Of a stretch of 63,987 nt of DNA, positions 1-10,493 are shown one piece after another (position 1 is the stretch's first letter; each line of letters begins with the position of its first letter). The stretch is from an uncultured Candidatus Saccharibacteria bacterium. GTDB lineage: Bacteria > Patescibacteriota > Minisyncoccia > SW-4-49-11. The position numbers and the translations under genes were made by a program. The stretch lies in contig CAZYEN010000015.1 in NCBI GenBank assembly GCA_964646465.1, positions 1 through 63,987 of the forward strand. The letters run 5' to 3'. The notes below the pieces were generated by a model that made no database searches, was not told the origin of the DNA, and saw only the letters and a list, made by a program, of their open reading frames with translations.

Positions 1-135
1 ATCCTGTTTTACAACATTGTCATCTTGATTTTCAAACGCTCTTGATTGAACTCCATTATACAGAATAGCTGCTGCAATCATCATACCTGATAAAAGGATT
101 GAGGAGACTACTAATAGAATTGATTTATTTTCCAT
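1..135 (-). CDS. N-terminal fragment of a membrane-anchored protein (continues beyond the left edge)
   Basis: Reverse-strand ATG at 133-135. Translation is MENKSILLVVSSILLSGMMIAAAILYNGVQSRAF..., a short tail plus one hydrophobic helix. This is the same layout as the DsbA-like protein at 2530-3183. It is absent from the ORF track because the window truncates it. Confidence 0.4.
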   Translation of the reverse strand, partial: MENKSILLVVSSILLSGMMIAAAILYNGVQSRAFENQDDNVVKQD

Positions 136-229
136 ATTATATTATGCTAGTTATATAGATACACTATATCATACATTTTTATCTATATCAAAATACTTTA
201 CAAACCTATAATTACATAACAATATTACT

Positions 230-1168
230 ATGATTTATGATACTATTATAATTGGAGGTGGACCAACAGGTACTTCAGCATCTATTTATGCAGCTAGAAA
301 GCAACTCAAAGCAATTTTGATCACCGATAGTTTTGGTGGGCAATCGGTGGTCTCTAATGATATAGACAATTGGATTGGAGATATTAGAATTTCTGGTTTT
401 GATTTAGCTCAAAAATTTGAAGCCCATATCAAAGCTCAACCTGGACTCGAGACTTTAGTAGATAGAGTTGCTAAAATTGACCAAGTCTCAGAGACACCTT
501 ATCCTATATATGAAGTAACTACCGAGGGTGGTAAAACTTTTCAAACTAAAACCTTAATTCTTGGAATGGGAGCTCATAGAAGAAAATTAGATATACCTGG
601 GGAAGCTGAGTTTAGTGCAAAAGGAGTAGCCTATTGTGCCACTTGTGACGCTCCGTTTTTTGAAGGACAAAAAGTAGCTGTTGTTGGAGGAGGAAATGCG
701 GGTCTTGAAAGCGCTCTAGATTTACTTGCCTATGCAAGTGAGGTCTATTTATTAAATCGTAGTGATGAACTCAAAGGAGACCCTCAGACAGCTGAGAAAA
801 TCCAAAAACATCCTAATTTCAAAGGAATACTCTATAATACGGTAGTCACAGATATATTTGGGGGAAAATTAATGACAGGAATACATTATCAAAATCTCAA
901 GACACAAGAGATTAATGAACTTGCCATTACAGGATTATTTATTGAAATTGGTTCTCTTCCTAATTCTGATATGGTAAAACATCTAGTTGATACCAATCAA
1001 ATTGGAGAGATTATTATTGATCACAAATACTCCACCACCTCCCGAGCAGGAATATTCGCTGCTGGAGATATCACCGATGAGGCCTATAAACAAAATAATA
1101 TCTCAGCGGGAGACGCCGTCAAAGCTGCTTTATCCGCCTACAATTACATTCATAAATTGGAGGGGTAG
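230..1168 (+). CDS. trxB: Thioredoxin-disulfide reductase
   Basis: GGGPTG FAD motif, redox-active CATC dithiol, GGGNAG NAD(P)H motif and a GD motif near the C-terminus. Length is 312 aa. Confidence 0.9.
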   Translation: MIYDTIIIGGGPTGTSASIYAARKQLKAILITDSFGGQSVVSNDIDNWIGDIRISGFDLAQKFEAHIKAQPGLETLVDRVAKIDQVSETPYPIYEVTTEGGKTFQTKTLILGMGAHRRKLDIPGEAEFSAKGVAYCATCDAPFFEGQKVAVVGGGNAGLESALDLLAYASEVYLLNRSDELKGDPQTAEKIQKHPNFKGILYNTVVTDIFGGKLMTGIHYQNLKTQEINELAITGLFIEIGSLPNSDMVKHLVDTNQIGEIIIDHKYSTTSRAGIFAAGDITDEAYKQNNISAGDAVKAALSAYNYIHKLEG

Positions 1169-1181
1169 TTTAATATTACAT

Positions 1182-1976
1182 ATGCCACTGAAAGAAGTGC
1201 TCAATAAAGCGAAGGTTATAAGTAAAGAAAAAAAGCTTGAAATAGAGAAAAATTTAGAGTATGCTAAAAATATTATAGATGGAACCAATAATGTATATAA
1301 GGTACAAGAAGACATCTTTACTAAATATGGCTATATTTTAGGTAAAAAAGAAACAAGCCTTATACTGATAAAATCTATTCTTAGATCCATTTCAATAGAA
1401 CAAGTTGATGAATTAATGTGGAATCACTATCAAGATATAGATTGGAAAATATTACCAAAATATAATGACTGGGATTCTATTCTAAGATTAAAAGATCGTA
1501 AAAAAATTATATCTGAATGTATAGATATTCTTAGAATTAGTAAAGGAAATATTTATAGACCTATAATCTATACCTTAATTTCTCACATAGAAGGTTTATG
1601 TAGAGATATTATACTCGAATTTTTTGAAGAAACATCAAAGAGTTACACATATCCAGAATTAAAAAATAATATTACAGAAATTTTGAAAGAAATCTCTTCC
1701 CAAAAACAATTATCTTATGATAGTAAATCTGATCCCATTATAATAGATCATATACTTTCTAAGTTAATTACTGAATATTTGTTTATGAATGCTGATCATA
1801 AAGAATCAACAGAGGATATTCGAACTAAAAACCCATTTTTACTCTCAAGACATAAAATAATACATGGAAATATTTTTACAAACGAAGCTCTATCAAAAAG
1901 TAATCTTATTCGTTTATTATTAATATTTGTATATCTTGGAGATATTTATTACTGGCTTAAAATTAAGAAACCATAA
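1182..1976 (+). CDS. Hypothetical protein with a C-terminal HEPN-like R-x4-H motif
   Basis: The track ORF 987-1976 overlaps trxB. The first ATG after the trxB stop is at 1182 (MPLKEVLNK...). The motif LLSRHKIIHGN is encoded at 1848-1868. Confidence 0.5.
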   Translation: MPLKEVLNKAKVISKEKKLEIEKNLEYAKNIIDGTNNVYKVQEDIFTKYGYILGKKETSLILIKSILRSISIEQVDELMWNHYQDIDWKILPKYNDWDSILRLKDRKKIISECIDILRISKGNIYRPIIYTLISHIEGLCRDIILEFFEETSKSYTYPELKNNITEILKEISSQKQLSYDSKSDPIIIDHILSKLITEYLFMNADHKESTEDIRTKNPFLLSRHKIIHGNIFTNEALSKSNLIRLLLIFVYLGDIYYWLKIKKP

Positions 1977-2520
1977 ACTCCTGAAACACCTTCGTTTTTT
2001 CCAACAACCTTAACTCCTCCTTACACCACTCCGAAAAAGTAATCTCATCTGCAAAGGCTCTGGCTACAAACTCATCCCAATCAAGCCATTCATAATTCTC
2101 TACTTCTTCTGGATGTGGGGTTACAATATCAGAGCTAATCCCAAAAAATATTGGGCAAATTTCATTTTCTACTACTCCATCTCGCTCAAAACGGTAGCGA
2201 TAAGGACTAGCCTCCACTAAAGCCTCAAAATACTCAATCCCTAATTCATATTTAGCTCTTCTCCTGACAGCATCTATAGTCTCCTCCTCTAGCTCAGGAT
2301 GTCCGCAACAACTATTAGACCATACTAATGGCCAAGTTTTTTTACCTCTCCACCTTTGCTGAATTAGAAATTTTTTATCCTCAGGACGAAATAAAAATAA
2401 AGAAAAAGCTCGATGAAGTGGTGTTTCAAGAGTATGCACCTCAGATTTAGGAGCGACTCCAATTACTTCATTTAGCTCTGTTACTAAAACAACATGTTCA
2501 AAATTTGGTTTTTGTAGCAT
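1963..2520 (-). CDS. idi: Isopentenyl-diphosphate delta-isomerase, type 1 (Nudix fold)
   Basis: HRAFSLFLF, WSNSCCGHP and ENEICPIF are characteristic IDI-1 active-site blocks. Length is 185 aa. Confidence 0.85.
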   Translation of the reverse strand: MLQKPNFEHVVLVTELNEVIGVAPKSEVHTLETPLHRAFSLFLFRPEDKKFLIQQRWRGKKTWPLVWSNSCCGHPELEEETIDAVRRRAKYELGIEYFEALVEASPYRYRFERDGVVENEICPIFFGISSDIVTPHPEEVENYEWLDWDEFVARAFADEITFSEWCKEELRLLEKTKVFQEFMVS

Positions 2521-2529
2521 TTTTAACGT

Positions 2530-3183
2530 TTATTTTTTTAATTCAGCATCGATTAGAGCTTTGAATTCATCTACTGTTTGAGGGTTTTTGATAACAACTC
2601 CATTTAAGATAAAGGTCGGAGTTGAATTAATCCCTAGAGCTACTCCGGATTGATAATCTTTCTCTACTCGCTCTTTAGCATCATCCTCAGGTAATAGATC
2701 TTCATCAAATTCAGCCACATCAAGACCAATAGCTTTAGCATAAGCACCAAATAATCCTCTTGGGTCTTTCTCTTTAGACCATTCTGCTTGATTTTTGAAA
2801 AGCTCATCTTTCATTTCCCAGAATTTACCTTCCTCTCCTGCAGCTTCTGCAGCTTGAGCAGCTAAGTCAGCATTAGGATGAATGCTTCTTAGAGGGAAGT
2901 GTCTATACACTATTCTCAAGTCCTCACCACTATACGCGTCTCTCACTTGCTTTACAATATCCTCAAAAGCCCTACAAGCTGGACATTGAAAGTCTGAATA
3001 CTCTACCAAGGTTACTTTAGCATCTTTATTACCTAAATAGGTATCCTCATCTGTCACCTCTACATTTACATTCCTTGAGCCAGAGTCTTGAGTTCTAAGC
3101 CCCCAAAATATAGCTCCTGCTACTACTAAAATCGTAATTATAACTATTACTTTTCCGATTAAATTATTCTCTGTTGCTTCCAT
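2530..3183 (-). CDS. DsbA-family thiol:disulfide oxidoreductase, N-terminally membrane anchored
   Basis: N-terminal TM helix, CPAC redox motif, and a thioredoxin-fold C-terminal block (GINSTPTFILNG). Confidence 0.8.
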   Translation of the reverse strand: MEATENNLIGKVIVIITILVVAGAIFWGLRTQDSGSRNVNVEVTDEDTYLGNKDAKVTLVEYSDFQCPACRAFEDIVKQVRDAYSGEDLRIVYRHFPLRSIHPNADLAAQAAEAAGEEGKFWEMKDELFKNQAEWSKEKDPRGLFGAYAKAIGLDVAEFDEDLLPEDDAKERVEKDYQSGVALGINSTPTFILNGVVIKNPQTVDEFKALIDAELKK

Positions 3184-3262
3184 ATATATCTGTTAATCAT
3201 TAATTTATAATTCTCTATTATTATATCATATATTTAACCTAGCTTCAAAATCAAACAAATTA

Positions 3263-4495
3263 TTAATGACTATGCCCATGATGATGTGTTTTCTCTTTTT
3301 CAGTTCTTGGTTTATGAACATATTTATCAAAAACTTTAGCTGCAATAAAGCTAGTGATTGGTACGGCTAGAATAATAGCAATGCTTCCTGAAAGAGTTCT
3401 CACTAATTCTTGTCCTATAAATTCAGAGTTGAGAGTCACCCAAATTGGGACATTAGCACTATTGATATATAATAACAAGAATAGAGGTAAGCTAGACCCG
3501 ACATAAGCCAAAGCTAGGGTATTGACTAAAGAAGCTATATGATCTCTTCCGACTGACATACCAGCTTTATATAGTTGCTTGAATTTGGTATTCAGATTTG
3601 CTCTTTTAATCTCATCAATTGTAGCTGCTTGAGCCACGGTAACATCATCCAGAACCCCAAGCATACCGACAATTACTCCTGCTAACAAAATACCTCTCAG
3701 GTCTAAATCAGCATTCACAATTGAGGCTAAATAAAAGGTATCCTCACTACCAACTCCAAACATCTGAGCTAAATAGACAAAAATAGCCGAAATTCCATAC
3801 GCTAGTATTAAGGTTAGGTTCATACTTATAAAAGCAATAAAAGTACGAGTCCTAAATCCATGAGAGATAAATATAGTCAAAGTTATAATACTAAAACTAG
3901 CTATAAAGGTTATCAGCACTGGATTTTGTCCATTCAATAAAGATGGAACCAAATATCCTACCAAAACTCCCACACTAGCAATTAAGCCTAATATGGAGCC
4001 CATTCCTTGTTTACCTGTAAATATTACAGTCAAAATCAAGAAAAATATCACCATACCCAATAAACCCGGTAATCTATATCTATCTTGAATATAATACTGC
4101 TCTTTATCACCTACCATTGTCCTTACCACTACTAAAACATCTCCCTTTTTATAAATTTGGCTTTCTTGTAAATCCGTCCCTCCCCCATTTTCAACTACTA
4201 TAATTGCATTTTTCTTATCTTTATTTAAAATTTTTAGAGTCAAATTTTGAGTTATAAGTTTACGACCTAATAATTCACCTTCTTTGGTATCTACAGCTTG
4301 TACCTCCGCTCTATAAAATCCATCTGGCTCAGTATATTGATCATTTTGCAAATTATCATTCTCTAGTGAATTATATTCTACAATTTTTGTAGTCTCTAAC
4401 TCATCAACCAATTCACTTTCCTGATCCTGAGCAAAAGTGTATGTTGGTAAAAAACTTAAAACTATAAGTCCAATAGTATAGATAAATTTTTGCAT
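3263..4495 (-). CDS. YibE/F-like polytopic membrane protein with a His-rich C-terminus
   Basis: Signal/anchor, a soluble N-domain, then about 7 TM helices. The C-terminal tail is KTHHHGHSH. The family call is by overall architecture only. Confidence 0.5.
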   Translation of the reverse strand: MQKFIYTIGLIVLSFLPTYTFAQDQESELVDELETTKIVEYNSLENDNLQNDQYTEPDGFYRAEVQAVDTKEGELLGRKLITQNLTLKILNKDKKNAIIVVENGGGTDLQESQIYKKGDVLVVVRTMVGDKEQYYIQDRYRLPGLLGMVIFFLILTVIFTGKQGMGSILGLIASVGVLVGYLVPSLLNGQNPVLITFIASFSIITLTIFISHGFRTRTFIAFISMNLTLILAYGISAIFVYLAQMFGVGSEDTFYLASIVNADLDLRGILLAGVIVGMLGVLDDVTVAQAATIDEIKRANLNTKFKQLYKAGMSVGRDHIASLVNTLALAYVGSSLPLFLLLYINSANVPIWVTLNSEFIGQELVRTLSGSIAIILAVPITSFIAAKVFDKYVHKPRTEKEKTHHHGHSH

Positions 4496-4511
4496 ATTTT
4501 ATAGTTATAGA

Positions 4512-5837
4512 TTATTTACTTTTTGAAATAATTTCTTTAGCAAGATATGATCTTAATACTTTAGGAATTACAATACTTCCATCAGCTTGCTGATAATTCT
4601 CCATAATTGCAATAATAATTCTACCAATAGCAAAGACAGTAGCATCATTCATATGCACAAAGTGTTTTTTACCCTCAATATCTTTGTATCTTGTCTGTAG
4701 TCTTCTTGACTGAAAATCTCCCATATAGTCTGAGGTATGTGTCTCGCGGTATTGATTTTGTCCTGGAAGCCAAGTCTCTATATCATAGGCTCTAATATCT
4801 GGAGTTCCCATATCGGCGGTACATTTGAGCACAACCTGATAAGGTAGTTCTAATTGTTGCATAAAATACTCTTGAATAGCTACAATCAAATCCTGTTCTG
4901 CAAAACCAGAATCTTGATCACTAAAGACTTCAATTTCAATTTTATCAAATTGATGTAGTCTCAAGATTCCCTTCATATCCTTACCATAGGTTCCAGCTTC
5001 CCTTCTAAATGCAGTAGAATAGCCTACATATCTTAGAGGTAATTGTTTGTAATCTAAAATTTCATCTATATGAAGTGGCCCTAAGGTATGCTCAGCGCTT
5101 CCGACCAACATTAAGCCATCCTCAGTAGTTTGATATCTATCATCAATTGGATCTAGCCTACCCATTCTCTTCATCACTTCTGCTTTCATTAAAACTGGGG
5201 GAATAATTGGATTATAGGCTTTCTTAGATAAATTCCCCAGCCCTAATTTATGAATACTTTCTTGAATAATAGTACTGTTTTGCAATGTAGACAAGACCCA
5301 TTGAATAAGAGCAAATTGTAACAGTACTAAATCTCCTTTTAGATATGCAAATCTAGCTCCTGAAACTTCTGCTGACTTTTCAGTATCAATTAAATCTAAA
5401 TTTTTACCTAATTGCCAATGTTCCAGTGGAGTAAAATCAAAGACTGGCTTTTCCCCAACTTGCCTGAGTACAATATTCTCATCCTCAGTCAATCCAATTG
5501 GAGTATCATCTGAATAAATATTAGGAACTTTATACATTAAATCACTATAAATTTCACCAACTTTCACAAAATCTGAGTCTAGTTGAGATAATTTATCTTT
5601 AATATCTTTACCTTTTTGAATTAAAACATTTTTCTCCTCCTCCGACAAAGCAGACATTAATTTCATTTGTTCTGACACAATATTTTTATCTGCCCTTAAA
5701 GATTCTATCTCTTGCAATAAATTTTGCCTTTTCTCATATACCGACAATAAATAATCTATATCAAGCTCAATCTTTTTATTCTTGACAACTTCTATTATAA
5801 ATTTTCGATGCTCTTTAATATAGCTAATATCTAACAT
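4512..5837 (-). CDS. serS: Seryl-tRNA synthetase
   Basis: N-terminal coiled-coil arm plus class II core motifs (FRREAG, GSAEHTL, ATVFAIGR). Length is 441 aa. Confidence 0.9.
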   Translation of the reverse strand: MLDISYIKEHRKFIIEVVKNKKIELDIDYLLSVYEKRQNLLQEIESLRADKNIVSEQMKLMSALSEEEKNVLIQKGKDIKDKLSQLDSDFVKVGEIYSDLMYKVPNIYSDDTPIGLTEDENIVLRQVGEKPVFDFTPLEHWQLGKNLDLIDTEKSAEVSGARFAYLKGDLVLLQFALIQWVLSTLQNSTIIQESIHKLGLGNLSKKAYNPIIPPVLMKAEVMKRMGRLDPIDDRYQTTEDGLMLVGSAEHTLGPLHIDEILDYKQLPLRYVGYSTAFRREAGTYGKDMKGILRLHQFDKIEIEVFSDQDSGFAEQDLIVAIQEYFMQQLELPYQVVLKCTADMGTPDIRAYDIETWLPGQNQYRETHTSDYMGDFQSRRLQTRYKDIEGKKHFVHMNDATVFAIGRIIIAIMENYQQADGSIVIPKVLRSYLAKEIISKSK

Positions 5838-5937
5838 AATTATAAGTAATTTTATATAGTATTAAGTATATCACAGCTCTGCTATACACTCAATATAAAT
5901 TATATGATATAATAAAACATATAATTTAGTAATAAAA

Positions 5938-6411
5938 ATGAAAATACGAACTAATAAAGGATTTTCCCTTCTAGAAATACTCTTAGTGATAACTTTACTG
6001 TCTATATTACTTGCTATATTAGTGACAAGAGTTAATCCTAGAAATATCATTTATATATCAGAAGATAATAAAAGAGAAGCTGATGCTTTAACAATTTATC
6101 AAGCTCTAGAACAGTATTCTATCAAAAATAATGGATATCCTGAATCTATAAAAAATATGTCGATCAATACATCTGCTTATATATGTAAATCGACAGCCCC
6201 AAATTGCCAAGCCCCAAAAATAAATCTATCTTCCATACTAGTACCAACATATTTTTCTAAAATTCCAGAATACTCTAAAGATACTATTAATAGTGGTTTT
6301 TATGTTGTAAAAGACACTAATGGCAAAATTGGAATTGGAGGAATAAGAAGGTTAGATGACACAACATTTGTCAAAGGATTAGAGAGTCAAAATTTTATTA
6401 TCTCTCCTTAA
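5938..6411 (+). CDS. Type IV pilin-like / pseudopilin protein
   Basis: Prepilin N-terminal cleavage/methylation motif KGFSLLEILLVITLLSILLAI. Confidence 0.75.
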   Translation: MKIRTNKGFSLLEILLVITLLSILLAILVTRVNPRNIIYISEDNKREADALTIYQALEQYSIKNNGYPESIKNMSINTSAYICKSTAPNCQAPKINLSSILVPTYFSKIPEYSKDTINSGFYVVKDTNGKIGIGGIRRLDDTTFVKGLESQNFIISP

Positions 6412-6449
6412 ATAAACTTAGACTCCATTTTGGGGATTATTTATAATTG

Positions 6450-6532
6450 TGCTGGTGAACGGACTTGAACCGTTACGGAGTTACCTCCAAAGGATTTTGA
6501 GTCCTTCGTGTCTACCATTTCACCACACCAGC
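6450..6532 (-). tRNA. tRNA-Leu(CAA)
   Basis: Hand-folded 83-nt cloverleaf. Acceptor is GCTGGTG/CACCAGC, anticodon arm is AAGGA-CTCAAAA-TCCTT, there is a long variable arm (GGAG/CTCC), and the T-arm is AACGG-TTCAAGT-CCGTT. No CCA is encoded. Confidence 0.9.
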
Positions 6533-6654
6533 AATGGATTTTGATCACTGTAAATAACTATGTTAGTATACCTGTCTATAAACCCCTTGTCAACAATTTT
6601 AAAGTATGTTATAATAGAACAGTATTAGCGATATCAAAATAAAATATTAAAGAT

Positions 6655-7329
6655 ATGCATAACTCAGACGAAAAATCTCAGCAAATTGCTGAACTAGAAC
6701 AAATTGTAAAAGAAGCAGAAGCTAGGCTAAATCAAGCAAGAGCTATGTTAACTCAGGTAGCTGGAGCTAGTCAGCCATACGCAAGTGTAGCTGGACAAGC
6801 GGAGAAAATTGTATTAGGAGAATTTACCGGAGAATATATGGTAGATGAAAGTAAAAAACAATATCCTGTACCTGCCAACTATGCTAGTAAATCTAAATTG
6901 ATCGAGGGAGATCAGCTTAAACTTACAATTACTGCAGATGGTGCCTTTATATATAAGCAAATAGGTCCAGCTCCTCGTAGAAGAGCTATTGGAAATATAA
7001 CCTACCAAGACAATAGTTATTTTGCTAAAGTTGGAGATGAGCTTTATAGATTATTAACTGCCTCTGTAACATACTTTAGATTATCTCCTGGAGACGAAGT
7101 AACAATCTTAACTCCTTTAACCAAAAAAAGTGAATGGGCTGCTATTGAAAATGTAGTTAGCTCTCAAACACTTGGAATAGTTAATCCTAATGCCCCATCA
7201 CAATTAGTTAACACAGAAGTAGCTGATTATAAAACCCCTACCCCTAATAGTACTGAAGCTGCATCAATAGATGAGTCAGGATCTGAAGATAGCTCAGATG
7301 ATGAGGAATTAAAAATACAGCCTTGGTAG
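6655..7329 (+). CDS. Hypothetical protein (coiled-coil N-terminus, acidic Ser/Asp/Glu tail)
   Basis: Long ORF with normal composition. I recognise no motif. Confidence 0.55.
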   Translation: MHNSDEKSQQIAELEQIVKEAEARLNQARAMLTQVAGASQPYASVAGQAEKIVLGEFTGEYMVDESKKQYPVPANYASKSKLIEGDQLKLTITADGAFIYKQIGPAPRRRAIGNITYQDNSYFAKVGDELYRLLTASVTYFRLSPGDEVTILTPLTKKSEWAAIENVVSSQTLGIVNPNAPSQLVNTEVADYKTPTPNSTEAASIDESGSEDSSDDEELKIQPW

Positions 7330-7754
7330 GTGTCCGAGAAATTATAGTATTTGGGATAATTGGAGTTTTAAATACCTCGATTGATATCGGGGTATTTATG
7401 TCTTTAAAATATATATTTCAGATTAACAACCAATCTAACTGGATAGTTATAATAAATTTAATTGCTATTGTATTGGCAATTATCTTTAGTTACTTTGCCA
7501 ATAAATACTTTACTTTTCAACATAAGTCTAAGACTGATGCTAAAGAGATAACTAGTTTTTTAATTGTAAATTTATTTGGATTTTTAATTAATACTAATAT
7601 TTTGAGACTTGCTATTTCTCTATTACCTAGTGAAATCAGTTTCTCCTTGATTCCTTTCTTGATAGATCCTGCACTTATTGGTAAAATATTAGGGACAGCA
7701 GGATCGATGATAGTAAGCTTTATTGGATATAAATTCTTTGTTTTTAATAAATAG
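7323..7754 (+). CDS. GtrA-family membrane protein
   Basis: Four TM helices, FGIIGVLNTSIDIG at the N-terminus and a NKYFTFQ block. The start at 7323 is TTG and overlaps the upstream stop, so it is uncertain. Confidence 0.7.
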   Translation: MVGVREIIVFGIIGVLNTSIDIGVFMSLKYIFQINNQSNWIVIINLIAIVLAIIFSYFANKYFTFQHKSKTDAKEITSFLIVNLFGFLINTNILRLAISLLPSEISFSLIPFLIDPALIGKILGTAGSMIVSFIGYKFFVFNK

Positions 7755-7766
7755 AATAATACTTTT

Positions 7767-9401
7767 ATGCCTGCTTTATATCGTACTTATAGACCTCAAA
7801 ACTTTCAACAGGTTATAGGGCAAGAGATAATAAAAACAACTCTACAAAATGCGATTATTAATAATCGAACCGTGCACTCATATCTATTCAGTGGACCTCG
7901 TGGAACTGGTAAAACAACAATGGCTAGAATTTTTTCTAAAGCCTTAAATTGTATTAATCGTCAACCTAATTTAGCAGAACCTTGTAATACTTGTATTAAT
8001 TGTAAATCTATTAACGATAATGCTTTTATTGATTTAATTGAAATTGATGCTGCATCTAATCGTGGAATTGATGAAATTCGCAACTTAAAAGAAGCTATCA
8101 GATTTGCTCCGTCTCAAAAAAATGGTTATAAAATATATATTATTGATGAAGCACATATGTTGACTAAGGATGCCTCCAACGCTCTTCTGAAAACATTAGA
8201 GGAACCTCCCTCTAACACTATTTTTATTTTAGCTACAACTGATGCCCACAAAATGATACCTACAATTCTATCCAGAGTACAAAAATTTGATTTCAAACCA
8301 TTAGCTCATTCTGAGTTAAAACAAAAAATTTTATTCATTGCCAAAGAAGAGAAAGTAAAAATTGACGAGCAAGTAGTGAATCAAATTATCCTGCAAGCAA
8401 TGGGAGGTGCAAGAGATGCTGAGAGCATTCTAGGTAAACTAATTTCAGCCGGGACAGAAGATATTACAATAGACTTTGCCTCTGCTATTCTAGGTAAAAA
8501 CTCTTATTTTGAAGCTTATACTTTATTGGAATTTTTATCACAAAACCAGATATATTTAGCAATTCGACATATACATAAGCTATATGCTAGTGGCTATGGA
8601 ATTGAGCAATTAATTGTAAACTTACTCACTATTAGCCATAATATATTTCTATTACAAATTGAAAACAGTTTGATCCAAAAAGAATCCTTATTGGATGATG
8701 AATATTCCAAATTAGAAAGCCTGGCGCTTACAATATCTAAGGTGAAAATAAGAAATTTTATTCAGTCTCTTGAGATAATAAAATCACAGACACACACAGC
8801 CTATCTACCATATTTACCCTTGGAGTTAGTCATAGCTCAAATTTGGGAGATAGATAATATGAATAACAATGAAAAGAATATTATCTCCGACAATATAGAT
8901 AATACAATAATTACAAAGTCTGATATAAAATTAGCCCCTAAGACTAAGCCTGTAGAGAATACTCCTCCCCTGAATACACCCCCAGCTCCTACAATAACCC
9001 AACCTAAAGATAGCCCCGTAGTCAAAGAAACGTCTGGCTCTGCAGATGTTTATAGTGTGTACAAAATATATCCTGCTATTAATAAGGCATTAACTAAAAC
9101 CAATAAAAGTTTAGCGATCATCTTTGCGCAAACTCAACCTGTTGATATTATAGATAACACTATTGTAATAGCCGTAGAATCTGATTTTTATAGATCTAGA
9201 TTGGATAAAAATACCAAGCTTATCTTGGAATATATAACAGAACATTACCCTTCTATACTAGGTATAAATTTTGTCACTAAAAAAGTTAGCTCCATTAATA
9301 CAATGAATATAGAACCTAATAATGACTTTAACGCCGAGGACGACGAAAAGCCTAAAGATATTAACGATACTATAGCTGATATTTTCAAAGATAGCTTATA
9401 A
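7767..9401 (+). CDS. dnaX: DNA polymerase III subunit gamma/tau
   Basis: Walker A GPRGTGKTT, a Zn module (CxxCxxC), a DEAHML Walker B and SRVQKF sensor. Confidence 0.9.
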   Translation: MPALYRTYRPQNFQQVIGQEIIKTTLQNAIINNRTVHSYLFSGPRGTGKTTMARIFSKALNCINRQPNLAEPCNTCINCKSINDNAFIDLIEIDAASNRGIDEIRNLKEAIRFAPSQKNGYKIYIIDEAHMLTKDASNALLKTLEEPPSNTIFILATTDAHKMIPTILSRVQKFDFKPLAHSELKQKILFIAKEEKVKIDEQVVNQIILQAMGGARDAESILGKLISAGTEDITIDFASAILGKNSYFEAYTLLEFLSQNQIYLAIRHIHKLYASGYGIEQLIVNLLTISHNIFLLQIENSLIQKESLLDDEYSKLESLALTISKVKIRNFIQSLEIIKSQTHTAYLPYLPLELVIAQIWEIDNMNNNEKNIISDNIDNTIITKSDIKLAPKTKPVENTPPLNTPPAPTITQPKDSPVVKETSGSADVYSVYKIYPAINKALTKTNKSLAIIFAQTQPVDIIDNTIVIAVESDFYRSRLDKNTKLILEYITEHYPSILGINFVTKKVSSINTMNIEPNNDFNAEDDEKPKDINDTIADIFKDSL

Positions 9402-10493
9402 TAAACTTTCTCGCTCTTTTAATAAAATTTCTAATTGGATATTGGTATTCTGAATATGAATAAAGGCCTCATAAGGTGAAGTAAGTGGAATAATTTGCTT
9501 TTTATTATACTTATTATAGTTAAGATAATAGAAAAAATCTCTATTCATACTATAGAATAAATTTCGCATCAAAGGATCATCATCCACCGTATCTACTTCC
9601 GCATGCTCTTTGCCTAACATATAGGTAGCATACTCCCATAGTCGGAATATCGCTTTTTCAAGATTAGAATATCTTGACCAATTTCGCTCCTCTTGAATTC
9701 TAAGTGTAGCTGATTTATTAGATTTACTATGTGTAATCTGAGCTTTAGTAGCAGTCAGTGCAATTTCCAAAGTAGTAGATTTAGCCATAAGATCAATATC
9801 TTTATGATTTTTGACCTCCATCAAATCAAAATAATGACTATAAGCATACCAATGCACCCCAATATCCTGATGCTCCACCTCCCGAATCCATGTCACTCGT
9901 CCACCTCGGAATCGACGAAAAGATTTTAGTGTCATATTCATAGTTCCACCTTTTCTCTCATTCACAATAGTAATGAAATTCTTAATTCCAAGTCCAGTTA
10001 AGAGTTTTTCTAATGGTAATTGCCTATATATAATCGGCAAATATACTGAAGTCGGAATAAATTCAAGGTGAGTTTTCAATCTATCTACTGTACCTGCAAT
10101 TTCATCCTTCCACCAGTCAAAATAATACATACTAAGATGGCTACTGCCCCAATAAGCATCTGGGATTATATATAGCAAGTCTTTTTGTAGCATTTTTTGA
10201 ATAATTTCTATAAATTCTGGATACTTTTTGGCTGCCACATCCAAGAAATGCCCTGTAATAATCACCGATACTTTAATATTTTGCTTATATAAAAACTGAA
10301 ATAATGGAATATAAATTTGGGTAAATTCCCTGTCCCAGACAGTGTCACTTGTCTTTTTGTCTACAAAGGGTAATTTCGGGTTTTTGAGAATATCTACTAG
10401 AGATTTAGAAGTATAACTAAAAATCAGAGACAGAGATATTAGCACTGGATATTCTTGGGGAATAGAAATAAAATTTAGGTTTTTCTTACTCAT
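9396..10493 (-). CDS. GH57-like / polysaccharide-deacetylase-like fold protein (function uncertain)
   Basis: The block YIPLFQFLYKQNIKVSVIITGHFLDVAAKKYPEFIEIIQKML...DAYW resembles the GH57 N-terminal barrel. I do not see the usual N-terminal HQP catalytic block. It is operonic with GT and GH13 genes. Confidence 0.4.
   Translation of the reverse strand: MSKKNLNFISIPQEYPVLISLSLIFSYTSKSLVDILKNPKLPFVDKKTSDTVWDREFTQIYIPLFQFLYKQNIKVSVIITGHFLDVAAKKYPEFIEIIQKMLQKDLLYIIPDAYWGSSHLSMYYFDWWKDEIAGTVDRLKTHLEFIPTSVYLPIIYRQLPLEKLLTGLGIKNFITIVNERKGGTMNMTLKSFRRFRGGRVTWIREVEHQDIGVHWYAYSHYFDLMEVKNHKDIDLMAKSTTLEIALTATKAQITHSKSNKSATLRIQEERNWSRYSNLEKAIFRLWEYATYMLGKEHAEVDTVDDDPLMRNLFYSMNRDFFYYLNYNKYNKKQIIPLTSPYEAFIHIQNTNIQLEILLKERESLL

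Noticed and set aside
987-1181. 5' extension of the ORF 987-1976 overlapping trxB
   Set aside because: It overlaps the last 180 nt of trxB in another frame and translates to Pro-rich nonsense. An ATG at 1182 just after the trxB stop gives a sensible start.
7767-9401. Programmed -1 frameshift site in dnaX (gamma/tau)
   Set aside because: No A-AAA-AAG slippery heptamer with a downstream hairpin was seen. There are only plain A-runs, for example near 8113.
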